Assembly: GCA_963787165.1 (NCBI GenBank)
Contig: CAWBBT010000001.1
Coordinates: 529,508 to 593,507, forward strand
Length of the DNA: 64,000 bases
Source of the DNA: an uncultured Actinomycetota bacterium
GTDB lineage: Bacteria > Actinomycetota > Actinomycetes > Propionibacteriales > Nocardioidaceae
Direction: 5' to 3'
Program-made: the position numbers and the translations under genes
Notes under the pieces: model-generated
The model's input: only the letters and a program-made list of their open reading frames with translations
Database searches by the model: none
Told to the model about the DNA's origin: nothing
In this document: piece after piece, positions 19,091 through 29,111 of the stretch
Layout of the letters: each line of letters begins with the position of its first letter
Position numbering within the stretch: position 1 is the first letter of the stretch

Positions 19091-20017
19091 GTGTGGTGGT
19101 ACATCGGCAAGCGGTTGTTGCAGACCATTCCGGTCTTCCTCGGTGCCACGCTGATCATCTACCTCCTGCTGTTCTTCCGGCCCGGTGATCCGATCCTGAA
19201 CCTGATCGGCAACAAGCCCGTCTCTCCCGACGTGCGCGACGCGATCGCGGCGCAGTACCACCTCGACGATCCGTTGCTCCTGCAGTGGGTGTACTTCCTC
19301 AAGGGAGCGGTCACCCTCGACTTCGGCAACACGTTCTCGGGTCAGCCCGTGATCGATCTGATTCGTCAGACGTTCCCGGTCACGGTCACGTTGGCCATCA
19401 TGGCCCTGATCATCGATGCCGTCCTCGGCGTGACCCTCGGGACGATCGCGGGACTGCGTCGCAACGGCCTGTTCGACTCCTCGATGCTCGTGGTGTCGCT
19501 CGTGCTGCTGTCGATCCCGATCTTCGTCGTGGGGTTCGTCATGCAGCTCACGTTCGGCGTCAAGCTGGGCTGGGCACCGGTGACGGTCGGCGGCGACTGG
19601 TCAGTGGCCAGTTTGATTCTGCCGGCGGTGGTCCTGGCGATCGCGAACTTCGCCTACACGTTGCGATTGTGTCGCACCTCGGTGGCCGAGAACCTCACCG
19701 CCGACCACGTGCGCACCGCGCGCGCGAAGGGGCTCGGTGGCGGGCTCGTGGTGCGCAACCACGTGCTCCGCAACTCACTGATTCCGGTGGTGACCTACAT
19801 GGGCATCAACCTCGGCTCGCTGATGGCCGGGGCGATCATCACCGAGACCATCTTCAACGTTCCAGGCGTGGGAAACGCGGCCTACAAGGCCATCGCCCAG
19901 GGCGAGACGCCGACCGTCGTCGCGATCGTCACCGTCATGGTGATGGTCTACGTGCTGATGAGCCTGGTGGTCGACTTGCTGTACGCCGTTCTCGACCCGA
20001 GGATTCGCTATGCATGA
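19091..20017 (+). CDS. Peptide ABC transporter permease (OppB/DppB)
   Basis: YIGKRLLQTIP, EAA loop RTARAKGL and LYAVLDPRIR motifs. Confidence 0.93.
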   Translation: MWWYIGKRLLQTIPVFLGATLIIYLLLFFRPGDPILNLIGNKPVSPDVRDAIAAQYHLDDPLLLQWVYFLKGAVTLDFGNTFSGQPVIDLIRQTFPVTVTLAIMALIIDAVLGVTLGTIAGLRRNGLFDSSMLVVSLVLLSIPIFVVGFVMQLTFGVKLGWAPVTVGGDWSVASLILPAVVLAIANFAYTLRLCRTSVAENLTADHVRTARAKGLGGGLVVRNHVLRNSLIPVVTYMGINLGSLMAGAIITETIFNVPGVGNAAYKAIAQGETPTVVAIVTVMVMVYVLMSLVVDLLYAVLDPRIRYA

Positions 20018-20990
20018 CACCACCCGGGCACGCCCCGGCCAGGAGCGTTACGTCGCTCCGATCGAGGAGACTCCGCTGCGAGCGATCGACGCCGTCGACG
20101 TCGACGCCGTTCCTGAGAGCCAGTGGAGAGAGGCGTGGAAGCGGTTGCGCAAGTCGCCGCTGTTCTGGGTCGCCCTGGCCATCATCTCCGTCATCATGCT
20201 GATGATCGCCTTTCCCGGACTGTTCACCCAGCAGGACCCCAGGCAGGCAGCGCTGCGCGACAGCTTCGCTCCTGCGTCGAAGGGTCATCCGTTCGGGTTC
20301 ACCCAACAGGGTGCCGACGTCTGGGCCCGCACGGTCTACGGGGCGCGAGCGTCCGTGGCCGTCGGCGTCCTGAGCACCATCGTGACCGCGCTTCTCGGCA
20401 TCGTCACCGGAGCGATCGCGGGCTTCTACGGCGGTCTCGCCGACTCGTTGCTCTCGCGCATCAGTGACATCTTCTTCTCGATTCCGCTTCTCCTGGCGTG
20501 CATCGTCGTCATCTCGGTGATCAACAACATCTATCCCGACCGTGGATTCTGGGCGTCGGTCGGCGTGGTCGTGGTGGCGCTCGCCCTGTTCGCGTGGCCG
20601 CAGATCACCCGCCAGATGCGTGGAGCGGTGCTGGAGGTCAAGAACCTGGAGTTCGTCGACGCGGCGACCGCCATCGGCGCGTCCCGGATGCGCAACCTGG
20701 TGCGCCACATCGTGCCCAATGCTCTGGCCCCGGTCATCGTCGCCTCGACGATCTCGCTCGGCATCTTCATCGTGGCGGAGTCGGCACTGTCGTTCCTCGG
20801 CCTCGGGCTTCCGCAGAACGTGGTCTCGTGGGGCAACGACCTCTCCGACGCACAGAACACCGTCCGCGCCGGGTCGCACCTCAACGTCATGTGGGTGCCC
20901 GCGACGGCCCTGGCCACCACGGTGCTCGGCTTCATCCTGCTCGGCGAGGCCGTGCGTGAGGCCCTTGACCCGAAGGCGAGGAAGTCGTGA
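20010..20990 (+). CDS. Peptide ABC transporter permease (OppC/DppC)
   Basis: HPFGFTQQGADVWARTVYGARAS, EFVDAATAIGAS and ALDPK motifs. Confidence 0.93.
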   Translation: MHDTTRARPGQERYVAPIEETPLRAIDAVDVDAVPESQWREAWKRLRKSPLFWVALAIISVIMLMIAFPGLFTQQDPRQAALRDSFAPASKGHPFGFTQQGADVWARTVYGARASVAVGVLSTIVTALLGIVTGAIAGFYGGLADSLLSRISDIFFSIPLLLACIVVISVINNIYPDRGFWASVGVVVVALALFAWPQITRQMRGAVLEVKNLEFVDAATAIGASRMRNLVRHIVPNALAPVIVASTISLGIFIVAESALSFLGLGLPQNVVSWGNDLSDAQNTVRAGSHLNVMWVPATALATTVLGFILLGEAVREALDPKARKS

Positions 20991-22687
20991 CCCCGCTGCT
21001 CGAGGTCAGAGACCTGCACGTCGGATTCCGGGCCGGCAAGCAGGTGCTGCTCGCCATCGACGGTGCCAGCCTCACCATCTACCCCGGACAGACCGTCGCC
21101 GTCGTGGGCGAGTCTGGCTCGGGCAAGTCGACGATGGCGCACGCGATCATCGACCTGCTGCCGGGCAACGGACAGGTCACCGGTGGAGCGATCGAGTTCG
21201 AGGGTCGTGACATCACCAAGGCCGACCGGAAGGCCATCCTGGCGCTTCGCGGCTCGTCGATCGGACTGGTCCCGCAGGACCCGATGTCGAACCTGAACCC
21301 CCTGTGGACCGTGGGGTTCCAGATCAAGGAGGCGCTCGTCGCCAACGGCGTCGCCGACGGCAAGGAGGCCGACCGCCGCGTCGTCGAGCTCCTCGAGGAA
21401 GCCGGACTTCCCGACGCCGAGAGCCGGGCCCGCCAGTACCCGCACGAGTTCTCCGGAGGCATGCGTCAGCGCGCGCTCATCGCCATGGGGCTGGCCGCCC
21501 GGCCGAAGCTCCTCATCGCCGACGAGCCGACGTCGGCCCTCGACGTCACGGTGCAGAAGCAGATCCTCGACCACATCGACCAGCTGACCGCGGAGCTCGG
21601 GGTGGCGGTCATGCTCATCACCCACGACCTCGGGCTGGCCGCCGAGCGGGCCGACCACCTGGCGGTCATGTACCGCGGCCACATCGTGGAGTCCGGTCCG
21701 GCCCTCGACATCCTGAAGAACCCGGAGCACCCGTACACGGAGCGTCTGGTCGCGAAGGCGCCGTCGCTGGCATCGCAGCGACTGTCCTCGGTGCAGCACC
21801 GCGAAGAGGTGCGTGAGCAGGCTGTGCAGGCCGCGGAGGAGATCGCCTCGGAGGTGGCCGAGAGCTCCGACGAGCTCGGCAAGGGCACCGACGACATCAT
21901 CGTGTCAGAGAACCTCACCAAGGTCTTCACGATGCCCGGCGCCCGGCCGTGGCAGAAGGTCGACTTCGTCGCCGTCGACGACGTGTCGTTCCGGCTCCGT
22001 CGGGGCACGACCACGGCGATCGTGGGGGAGTCGGGGTCGGGCAAGTCGACCGTGGCGCGCATGGTGCTCGACCTGCTCGAGCCGACGTCCGGCAAGGTCA
22101 TGTTCGACGGCATCGACGTGCGTGGCCTCAAGGGCAAGGAGCAGCTGCGCCTGCGCCGGCAGATGCAACCGGTCTTCCAGAATCCCTACGCCTCGCTCGA
22201 TCCGCTGTACTCCATCTACCAGTCGATCGAAGAGCCTCTCCGCACGCACGACATCGGCTCCAAGAAGGAGCGCCAGGCGCGCGTGCGCGACCTGCTCGAC
22301 AAGGTCTCGCTGCCCACGACGGTCATGACGCGCTACCCCGGTGAGCTGTCCGGCGGACAGCGCCAGCGCGTCGCCATCGCGCGCGCCCTCGCGCTCGATC
22401 CGGAGGTCGTCATCTGCGACGAGGCGGTGTCGGCGCTCGACGTGCTGGTGCAGGCGCAGATCCTCACGCTGCTCAACGACCTGCAGGCCGAGCTGGGCCT
22501 GTCCTACCTGTTCATCACCCACGACCTCGCGGTGGTCCGGCAGATCGCCGACAACGTCCTGGTGATGCAGAACGGCAAGGTCGTGGAGGCTGCGAGCGTC
22601 ACGCAGGTGTTCGACGACCCGCAGGAGGACTACACCAAGAAGCTGCTCGACGCGATCCCCGGCGGCAGCATCAAGCTCGGCGCCTAG
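20987..22687 (+). CDS. Peptide ABC transporter ATP-binding protein, fused OppD/OppF
   Basis: Two Walker A motifs (GESGSGKS) and two signature motifs (FSGGMRQR, LSGGQRQR). Confidence 0.95.
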   Translation: MTPLLEVRDLHVGFRAGKQVLLAIDGASLTIYPGQTVAVVGESGSGKSTMAHAIIDLLPGNGQVTGGAIEFEGRDITKADRKAILALRGSSIGLVPQDPMSNLNPLWTVGFQIKEALVANGVADGKEADRRVVELLEEAGLPDAESRARQYPHEFSGGMRQRALIAMGLAARPKLLIADEPTSALDVTVQKQILDHIDQLTAELGVAVMLITHDLGLAAERADHLAVMYRGHIVESGPALDILKNPEHPYTERLVAKAPSLASQRLSSVQHREEVREQAVQAAEEIASEVAESSDELGKGTDDIIVSENLTKVFTMPGARPWQKVDFVAVDDVSFRLRRGTTTAIVGESGSGKSTVARMVLDLLEPTSGKVMFDGIDVRGLKGKEQLRLRRQMQPVFQNPYASLDPLYSIYQSIEEPLRTHDIGSKKERQARVRDLLDKVSLPTTVMTRYPGELSGGQRQRVAIARALALDPEVVICDEAVSALDVLVQAQILTLLNDLQAELGLSYLFITHDLAVVRQIADNVLVMQNGKVVEAASVTQVFDDPQEDYTKKLLDAIPGGSIKLGA

Positions 22688-22723
22688 GCACCACACCGGG
22701 CGTCTCTGGCGGTTCGAGCCGCA

Positions 22724-22752
22724 TTGACGTACTCGAACGGTTGTTCGATAAT
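22724..22752 (+). promoter_or_regulatory. SigA-type promoter TTGACG-N17-GATAAT with a perfect LexA SOS box in the spacer
   Basis: TCGAAC-GGTT-GTTCGA at 22733-22748; ATG 22759 lies 7 nt after the -10 element, consistent with a leaderless transcript. Confidence 0.9.
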
Positions 22753-22758
22753 GAGTGG

Positions 22759-23442
22759 ATGACCCCCGCCGCTGCCGCTCCCACCGTGAGCGAGCTGCGG
22801 GCCCGTGTCACCCAGATGCAGGGCAGGCCCGCGGTGCAGCCCGTGCGCACGCATCCCGCGCTGTCGGGTCTCCTGCAGATGCAGACCGGATCCAGCTACG
22901 GCGTCGAGTCGGCCAGCCTCGCCATGATGCTCCTGGCGGGCCCGTCGTCCGACGGCGCGTGGTGCGGTGTCGTGGGCAGTGCCGACCGGAACGGGTCGGA
23001 GCTCGGCCTCGAGGCCATGGCGTCGGCCGGTGTCGAGCTGAGCCGCACGATCCTGGTTCCCGATCCCGGTGATGCGTGGCTCGAGGTCACCGCCGCACTC
23101 ATCGACGTCCTCGGCGTCGTGGTGGTGCGACCACCAGGGCGGGTGAGTGAGAGCGATGCCGCCCGTCTGGCCGCCCGGCTCCGACAACGGGGCTCGATCC
23201 TCGTCGCCCTGTCCACGAGTGGAGCAGGCGAGTGGCCACGGTGCGATGCCCGGCTCGGCCTGAGCGACGTCGAGTGGATCGGCCTCGGCGACGGACACGG
23301 GCATCTCCGGGCCCGGCAGGCCACCGTCGAGGTGCGCCGGGGCGTCGGGCCGCCCGATTCCGCACGCCTGTGGCTCCCCGACACCGAGCTGGTGTTCCGC
23401 GCGATCGACGAAGAGCCCACCTCCCTGCGAAGCGTCAGCTGA
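22759..23442 (+). CDS. imuA: ImuA'-like (RecA-like) mutasome accessory protein
   Basis: PALSGLLQ...GSSYGV, GAWCGVVG, GVELSRTILVPDP and LAARLRQRG motifs; first gene of the SOS cassette. Confidence 0.8.
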   Translation: MTPAAAAPTVSELRARVTQMQGRPAVQPVRTHPALSGLLQMQTGSSYGVESASLAMMLLAGPSSDGAWCGVVGSADRNGSELGLEAMASAGVELSRTILVPDPGDAWLEVTAALIDVLGVVVVRPPGRVSESDAARLAARLRQRGSILVALSTSGAGEWPRCDARLGLSDVEWIGLGDGHGHLRARQATVEVRRGVGPPDSARLWLPDTELVFRAIDEEPTSLRSVS

Positions 23443-24995
23443 TGCCCGCAGGGCCTGCCGAACCCCGCACGATGGTCGTGTGGTGCCCCGACTGGCCGGT
23501 CATGGCGATGCTGGCCGACCTGCCGGCCGATGCTCCTGCCGCGGTGCTCGACAAGGGTCACGTGCTGGCGTGCTCACCGTCCGCGCGCAACGAGGGCGTC
23601 CGCCGTGGAATGCGTCGCCGCGACGCCCAGTCGCGGTGCCCCGAGCTCACGCTCGCCGACCATCGTCCGGACGCCGACGCGCGGGCCTTCGAGGAGATCC
23701 TCGTCGCCATCGAGGAGCTCAGCCCGGGAGTGGCGCCGATCCGCCCGGGCCTGTGCGCGCTGCGGGTGCCGGCGCGGTTCTACGGCGGTGAGGTCGAGGC
23801 GGGGGCGGTCATCGCCGAGCGGCTCGTCGCGCTGGGTGTCTGGGACGTCCGCCTCGGCGTCGCCGACGGACTGTTCGCCGCCGAGCAGGCGGCCCGTCGC
23901 GCGCTCGCCCAGGACTGCCTGGTGGTCGGAGTGGCCGAATCGGCAGCGTTCCTCGCCGACCTGCCGGTCGAGACGCTCGACGCCCCTGACCTCGTCAGCC
24001 TGCTGCGGCGGATGGGCATCACCACCCTCGGAGCGTTCGCCGATCTCGCCGCCGCCGACGTGCACACCCGGTTCGGCAGCCACGGCGAGCTGCTGCACCG
24101 GTTCGCCCGCGGCCTCGATCCACATCCGGTCTCCCGGCGTGCCGTGCCGCCCGAGCTCGAAGCCACCCTCGCGCTCGAACCACCGCTCGCGCTCGTGGAG
24201 CCCATCGCGTTCAGCCTGCGCACCACGGCCGAGGCGTTCGTCGCCGGCCTCGCGGCGCACGGCCTGGTGTGCACCACGGTGCGCATCGAGGTCGACTGCG
24301 ACGGCACGTTGGCGTCGTCGCGGCGATGGCTCCATCCACGCTGGTTCAGCGCCGCCGACGTCGTCGACCGTCTGCGCTGGCAGCTGCAGGGCAGCGCCGG
24401 CGGTGTCAATCATGGGGGAGGCATCGCGGCGCCGGTCGACACGGTCCGGCTCGTGCCCGAGGTCGCCGAGCCGCTCGCCGAGCACGCCGACAGCCTGTTC
24501 GGCGGGGGACCCGACGACCGCGTCGCCCGCGGGGTGGCCCGGGTGCAGAGCATGGTCGGCCACGATGCGGTCCTCTCGGCCGGTGTGCAGGGCGGACGCG
24601 GCCCGGCCGACCGGGGGCTCCGGGTGCCGTGGGGCGAACGGGCGGTGGGGGCACGTCCCACCCAGGCGCCGTGGCCGGGCAGCATCCCGCCACCGGCACC
24701 CGCCACCGTGTTCGCCGAGCCGCAGGAGGCCCTGGTGGTGGGGGCCGAGGGCCAGCCCGTCGTCGTCAGCGGCCGTGGTGCCGTCAGCAGCCCGCCCGAC
24801 CGGTTCCGTGCCGAGGTCTCAGCACCGTGGCAGCCGGTGGCGTCGTGGGCCGGTCCGTGGCCGGTCGACGAGCTGTGGTGGGACGAGGCCGCGGCCCGAC
24901 GCATCGCCCGGTTCCAGGTCGTGGGCGTCGACGGCAGCGCCTGGCTGATGGTGGTCGAGGACGGCCACTGGTTCACCGAGGCTCGCTATGACTGA
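23442..24995 (+). CDS. imuB: ImuB, inactive Y-family DNA polymerase
   Basis: RTMVVWCPDWPV, GVRRGMRRRDAQSRCP and WAGPWPVDELWW motifs; TGATG overlap with imuA. Confidence 0.9.
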   Translation: MPAGPAEPRTMVVWCPDWPVMAMLADLPADAPAAVLDKGHVLACSPSARNEGVRRGMRRRDAQSRCPELTLADHRPDADARAFEEILVAIEELSPGVAPIRPGLCALRVPARFYGGEVEAGAVIAERLVALGVWDVRLGVADGLFAAEQAARRALAQDCLVVGVAESAAFLADLPVETLDAPDLVSLLRRMGITTLGAFADLAAADVHTRFGSHGELLHRFARGLDPHPVSRRAVPPELEATLALEPPLALVEPIAFSLRTTAEAFVAGLAAHGLVCTTVRIEVDCDGTLASSRRWLHPRWFSAADVVDRLRWQLQGSAGGVNHGGGIAAPVDTVRLVPEVAEPLAEHADSLFGGGPDDRVARGVARVQSMVGHDAVLSAGVQGGRGPADRGLRVPWGERAVGARPTQAPWPGSIPPPAPATVFAEPQEALVVGAEGQPVVVSGRGAVSSPPDRFRAEVSAPWQPVASWAGPWPVDELWWDEAAARRIARFQVVGVDGSAWLMVVEDGHWFTEARYD

Positions 24996-25004
24996 CGGGA
25001 GGCA

Positions 25005-28000
25005 GTGATGGGCTGGCAGAACCCCGACGTCCCGTGGCGTGAGCTGGAGCGCCGGCTGTCCGGCCGCGGCGGAGAGCCGCCCAACCAGCAGAGTCCGCGC
25101 GAGCTGCGCACCGGCTGGCCCGACGGTGGCGACGGGCCGGCGTTCAGCCGCAAGCGGGAGCGGTACGAGCCCGACCGGCGTCCCGAGCCACCGCCGGGTC
25201 CGGTGGTGCCGTACGCCGAGCTGCACTGCCACAGCAGCTACAGCTTCCTCGACGGTGCCAGCAACCCCGAGGCGCTCGTCGAGGAGGCGGTGCGGCTCGG
25301 CCTGTCCGCGCTGGCCGTCACCGACCACGACGGCTTCTACGGCTCGGTGCGGTTCGCGGAGGCGGCCCAGGAGTACCCGGCGCTGAGCACGGTGCACGGG
25401 GCGGAGCTGTCGCTCGGTCTCACGACCCCGCAGCAGGGGGTCGCCGACCCCGAGGGCAGCCACCTGCTCGTGCTCGCCCGCGGCGTCGAGGGATACCACC
25501 GGCTGGCCGGGGCGATCACCGAGGCGCAGCTGCGCGGCGACGAGAAAGGTCGACCGCTGTACGACCTCGAGGAGCTGGCCGAGCAGGGGCGCGGCCACTG
25601 GTACGTCCTCACCGGCTGTCGCAAGGGTCTGGTTCGCCAGGCGCTGGCCGACGGTGGCGAGGAAGCGGCAGCGCGTGCGCTGGACCGCCTCACCGCACTG
25701 TTCGGCCACGACGCCGTGGCCGTCGAGCTGACCGACCACGGGCATCCCGGAGACAGTGCGGTCAACGACGCGCTCGCCGAGCTGGCCGCCCATCATGGCC
25801 TGCCCACGGTGGCCACCAACAACGTCCACTTCGCACGCCCGTCCGACCGCCGACTCGCCCAGGCCGTCGCGGCCGTCCGGGCCCGGCGCAGCCTCGCCGA
25901 GCTCGACGGCTGGCTGCCCACGTCGGGCTCGGCATACCTGCGGTCCGGTGCCGAGATGCTGCACCGGTTCGCAAGGTACCCGGGCTCGGTCGAGCGCAGC
26001 GTCGAGATCGCGCGCGACGTGGCGTTCGACCTGCACAAGGCGTCCCCTCGGCTGCCCAAGCAGCAGGTCCCGCCCGGCCACACGCCGATGACGTGGCTGC
26101 GCGAGCTGGTGCGGCGGGGAGCCGACGAGCTGTACGCGAACATCCGTGACGAGGCCGAGCTGCGCCTGACGAAGGAGCTCGCGGTCATCGAGGAGAAGGA
26201 CTTCCCGGGCTACTTCCTCATCGTCCACGACATCGTCCACTTCGCGAAGAGCCGCGGCATCCTGTGCCAAGGGCGTGGCTCGGCGGCCAACTCGGCGGTC
26301 TGCTACGCCCTCGGCATCACGGCGGTCGACTCCATCGCCTATGACCTGCCGTTCGAGCGGTTCTTGTCGGCCACCCGCGACGAGGAGCCCGACATCGACG
26401 TCGACTTCGACTCCGACCGGCGCGAGGAGGTCATCCAGTGGGTCTACGAGACGTACGGACGCCGCAACGCCGCGCAGGTCGCCAACGTCATCAGCTACCA
26501 GCCCAAGTCGGCCGTGCGCGACATGGCCAAGGCGCTCGGCTACTCGGTCGGCCAGCAGGACGCGTGGAGCAAGAGCATCGAGTCGTGGCACACCATCACG
26601 CTCGATGCCGAACGAACCGTCCCGGACGCGGTCGTCGACCTCGCGAACGACCTGCTGAAGGCACCACGGCACCTGGGCATCCACTCCGGCGGCATGGTGC
26701 TCACCGAGCGTCCGGTCGGCGAGGTGGTGCCCATCGAGCGCGGTCGCATGGAGGGCCGCACGGTGCTGCAGTGGGACAAGGACGACTGCGCGTGGATGGG
26801 TCTGGTCAAGTTCGACCTGCTCGGCCTCGGCATGCTCGGCGCCATCCAGCACACGTTCGACCTGGTCAGCGAGCACTGCGGCGAGCCGTGGACGCTGGCC
26901 ACGATCCCCAAGGAGGAGGCCGGCGTCTACGACATGCTGTGCCGGGCCGACTCGATCGGCGTCTTCCAGGTCGAGAGCCGGGCCCAGATCGGCACCCTGC
27001 CCCGACTCAAGCCCCGGCGCTTCTACGACCTCGTCATCGAGATCGCGCTCATCCGCCCCGGCCCGATCCAGGGTGGCGCGGTGCACCCGTACATCCGGCG
27101 CGCCACGGGTCGAGAGCCGGTCACGTACCAGCACCCTGCGCTGGAGCCTGTGCTGAAGCGGACGCTCGGGGTGCCGCTGTTCCAGGAGCAGCTCATGCAG
27201 ATCGCCATGGCCGTCGGCGGCTGCTCGGGAGACGACGCCGATCTGCTGCGCCGGGCGATGGGTTCCAAGCGCGGCATCGAACGCATCGAACGGCTGCGCG
27301 AGACGCTCTACGCCGGCATGGCCGGGCACGGCATCACCGGCGACCTCGCCGACGACATCTACGACCGCATCCAGGCCTTCGCCAACTTCGGCTTCGCCGA
27401 GAGCCACGCCATCAGCTTCGGCCTGATCGTCTACGCCAGCTCGTGGCTCAAGCTCCACTACCCGGGCGCGTTCCTCGCGGCGTTGCTGCGCTCGCAGCCG
27501 ATGGGGTTCTACTCACCACAGTCACTCACCGCCGACGCCCGGCGGCACGGCGTGAAGGTGCTGCGTCCCGACGTCCTTCACTCCGGCGTCCACGCCGACC
27601 TCGAACCCGTCCCGCACGGACCGACCGGTCTCGACACGTGCCTGGACGCCGCGCAGCCTCCGATCCCGCCGTTCGACCGGGACGGACCCGACCCCACCGA
27701 GACGCATCGCCGCGACGGAGCCTTCGCGGTGCGGCTGGGCCTCACCGAGGTGCAGGGCATTGGTGAGGCCGACGCGGAACGGATCGTCGACGCCCGTGCG
27801 GAGGCCCGGTTCCTCGACATGCCCGACGTCGCCCGCCGCACCGGGCTGTCGGTGGCACAGATGGAGGCGCTGGCCACGGCAGGGGCGTTCGACGGCTTCG
27901 GCCTCAGCCGGCGCCAGGCGCTCTGGAACGCCGGCTACACCGACGCCCCCGATCGTCTCGCCGGCACCGCCGTGCAGGCTCCGCCCCCGATGCTGCCCGG

Positions 28001-28442
28001 CATGAACCCGGTCGAGCAGACACTGGCCGACCTGTGGGCCACCCGCATCTCGCCCGACGAGCACCCGATGGAGCACCTGCGCCCCTTGATGGTCGCTGAG
28101 GGAGTGCTGGCGGTGGGCGACACCGGCACGCACGAGGCGAATCGGCGGATCCGGGTCGCCGGTCTCGTCACGCACCGGCAGCGCCCCTACACCGCCGGGG
28201 GAGTCACGTTCCTCAACCTCGAGGACGAGACCGGCATGCTCAACGTCGTCGTCTTCGACGCGGTGTGGCAGCGGCACCGGCGCGTGGCGCGCAACGCCGC
28301 CGGGCTCGTGGTGCGCGGGATGCTCGAGCGCCAGGACGGTGTCGTCAACCTCGTGGCCGACAAGATCGAGCGCATCGAGACTCTGTACCCGCAGGTCGGT
28401 GCCGCCGTCCCCGCGCGTCCCCGCTCGCGCGACTTCCACTGA
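25005..28442 (+). CDS. dnaE2: Error-prone DNA polymerase III alpha subunit DnaE2 (ImuC)
   Basis: YAELHCHSSYSFLDGAS, GRGSAANS, EPDIDVDF, PRHLGIHSGG and C-terminal SRDFH motifs. Confidence 0.96.
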   Translation: MMGWQNPDVPWRELERRLSGRGGEPPNQQSPRELRTGWPDGGDGPAFSRKRERYEPDRRPEPPPGPVVPYAELHCHSSYSFLDGASNPEALVEEAVRLGLSALAVTDHDGFYGSVRFAEAAQEYPALSTVHGAELSLGLTTPQQGVADPEGSHLLVLARGVEGYHRLAGAITEAQLRGDEKGRPLYDLEELAEQGRGHWYVLTGCRKGLVRQALADGGEEAAARALDRLTALFGHDAVAVELTDHGHPGDSAVNDALAELAAHHGLPTVATNNVHFARPSDRRLAQAVAAVRARRSLAELDGWLPTSGSAYLRSGAEMLHRFARYPGSVERSVEIARDVAFDLHKASPRLPKQQVPPGHTPMTWLRELVRRGADELYANIRDEAELRLTKELAVIEEKDFPGYFLIVHDIVHFAKSRGILCQGRGSAANSAVCYALGITAVDSIAYDLPFERFLSATRDEEPDIDVDFDSDRREEVIQWVYETYGRRNAAQVANVISYQPKSAVRDMAKALGYSVGQQDAWSKSIESWHTITLDAERTVPDAVVDLANDLLKAPRHLGIHSGGMVLTERPVGEVVPIERGRMEGRTVLQWDKDDCAWMGLVKFDLLGLGMLGAIQHTFDLVSEHCGEPWTLATIPKEEAGVYDMLCRADSIGVFQVESRAQIGTLPRLKPRRFYDLVIEIALIRPGPIQGGAVHPYIRRATGREPVTYQHPALEPVLKRTLGVPLFQEQLMQIAMAVGGCSGDDADLLRRAMGSKRGIERIERLRETLYAGMAGHGITGDLADDIYDRIQAFANFGFAESHAISFGLIVYASSWLKLHYPGAFLAALLRSQPMGFYSPQSLTADARRHGVKVLRPDVLHSGVHADLEPVPHGPTGLDTCLDAAQPPIPPFDRDGPDPTETHRRDGAFAVRLGLTEVQGIGEADAERIVDARAEARFLDMPDVARRTGLSVAQMEALATAGAFDGFGLSRRQALWNAGYTDAPDRLAGTAVQAPPPMLPGMNPVEQTLADLWATRISPDEHPMEHLRPLMVAEGVLAVGDTGTHEANRRIRVAGLVTHRQRPYTAGGVTFLNLEDETGMLNVVVFDAVWQRHRRVARNAAGLVVRGMLERQDGVVNLVADKIERIETLYPQVGAAVPARPRSRDFH

Positions 28443-28603
28443 GCCGGCGAGGTCTCAGCGCTCGTAGCCACGCGGGTAGTCGACGACCAGCTCCGGCACG
28501 GCTCCGCGTCGTCGCCAGAGACCGTTCCGGGAAGAGGCGTCCGTCGTCCATGGGTCCGTGATCACCGATGCTCGTGTCGCCGGCTCGTGGCAGTGTCGCT
28601 CCC

Positions 28604-29026
28604 ATGGACCAACGCATCAGCTTCGTGACCCTGGCCGTGGCCGACCTCGATGCCACTCGACGGTTCTACCTCGACGGGCTGGGATGGGAGGCGGAGTTCA
28701 TCGAGCCGGGAGACGTGATCATGATCCGCGCCGGCGAGCACCTCATCCTGTCGCTCTGGGTCAAGGACCACTTCGAGGCGGAGGTGGGACCGATCGGCCG
28801 CGGCGACGGGGTCGCACCGTTCACGATCGCCCACAACGTCGCGTCACCCGAGGCGGTCGACGCCGTGCTGGCCAGCGCGCGGGCGGCCGGCGCCGATCCG
28901 GTCTCGGACGGTGAGCAGCGCGAGTGGGGTGGCTACACCGGCTACTTCGGCGATCCCGACGGCCACCGCTGGGAGATCGCCTACAACTCGAGCCCCATCG
29001 GCCAGATCGTGCTTCCTGCCACTTAG
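28604..29026 (+). CDS. VOC/glyoxalase family protein
   Basis: QRISFVTLAVADL...WGGYTGYFGDPDGHRWEIAYN. Confidence 0.9.
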   Translation: MDQRISFVTLAVADLDATRRFYLDGLGWEAEFIEPGDVIMIRAGEHLILSLWVKDHFEAEVGPIGRGDGVAPFTIAHNVASPEAVDAVLASARAAGADPVSDGEQREWGGYTGYFGDPDGHRWEIAYNSSPIGQIVLPAT

Positions 29027-29028
29027 TG

Positions 29029-29057
29029 TTGACGTGACCTTAAGGTCCGGGTAGGGT
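29029..29057 (+). promoter_or_regulatory. Promoter TTGACG-N17-TAGGGT for the nrtR-nad operon, with a 12-bp palindrome in the spacer
   Basis: -35 at 29029-29034; -10 at 29052-29057; GACCTTAAGGTC at 29036-29047. Confidence 0.7.
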
Positions 29058-29067
29058 CGAATCCAGC

Positions 29068-29092
29068 ACTTAGAGTCATTCACACTCTAAGT
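29068..29092. promoter_or_regulatory. NrtR operator
   Basis: Perfect dyad ACTTAGAGT-CATTCAC-ACTCTAAGT with the GT-N7-AC core of NrtR boxes. Confidence 0.85.
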
Positions 29093-29111
29093 CTGTCGAG
29101 GGAGTCCGGCC

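Noticed and set aside
24819-27458. 879-aa minus-strand ORF
   Set aside because: Shadow ORF of dnaE2.
28455-28565. 36-aa minus-strand ORF ending VPELVVDYPRGYER, between dnaE2 and the VOC gene
   Set aside because: Too short, no RBS or recognisable family; may be a gene remnant but cannot be supported.
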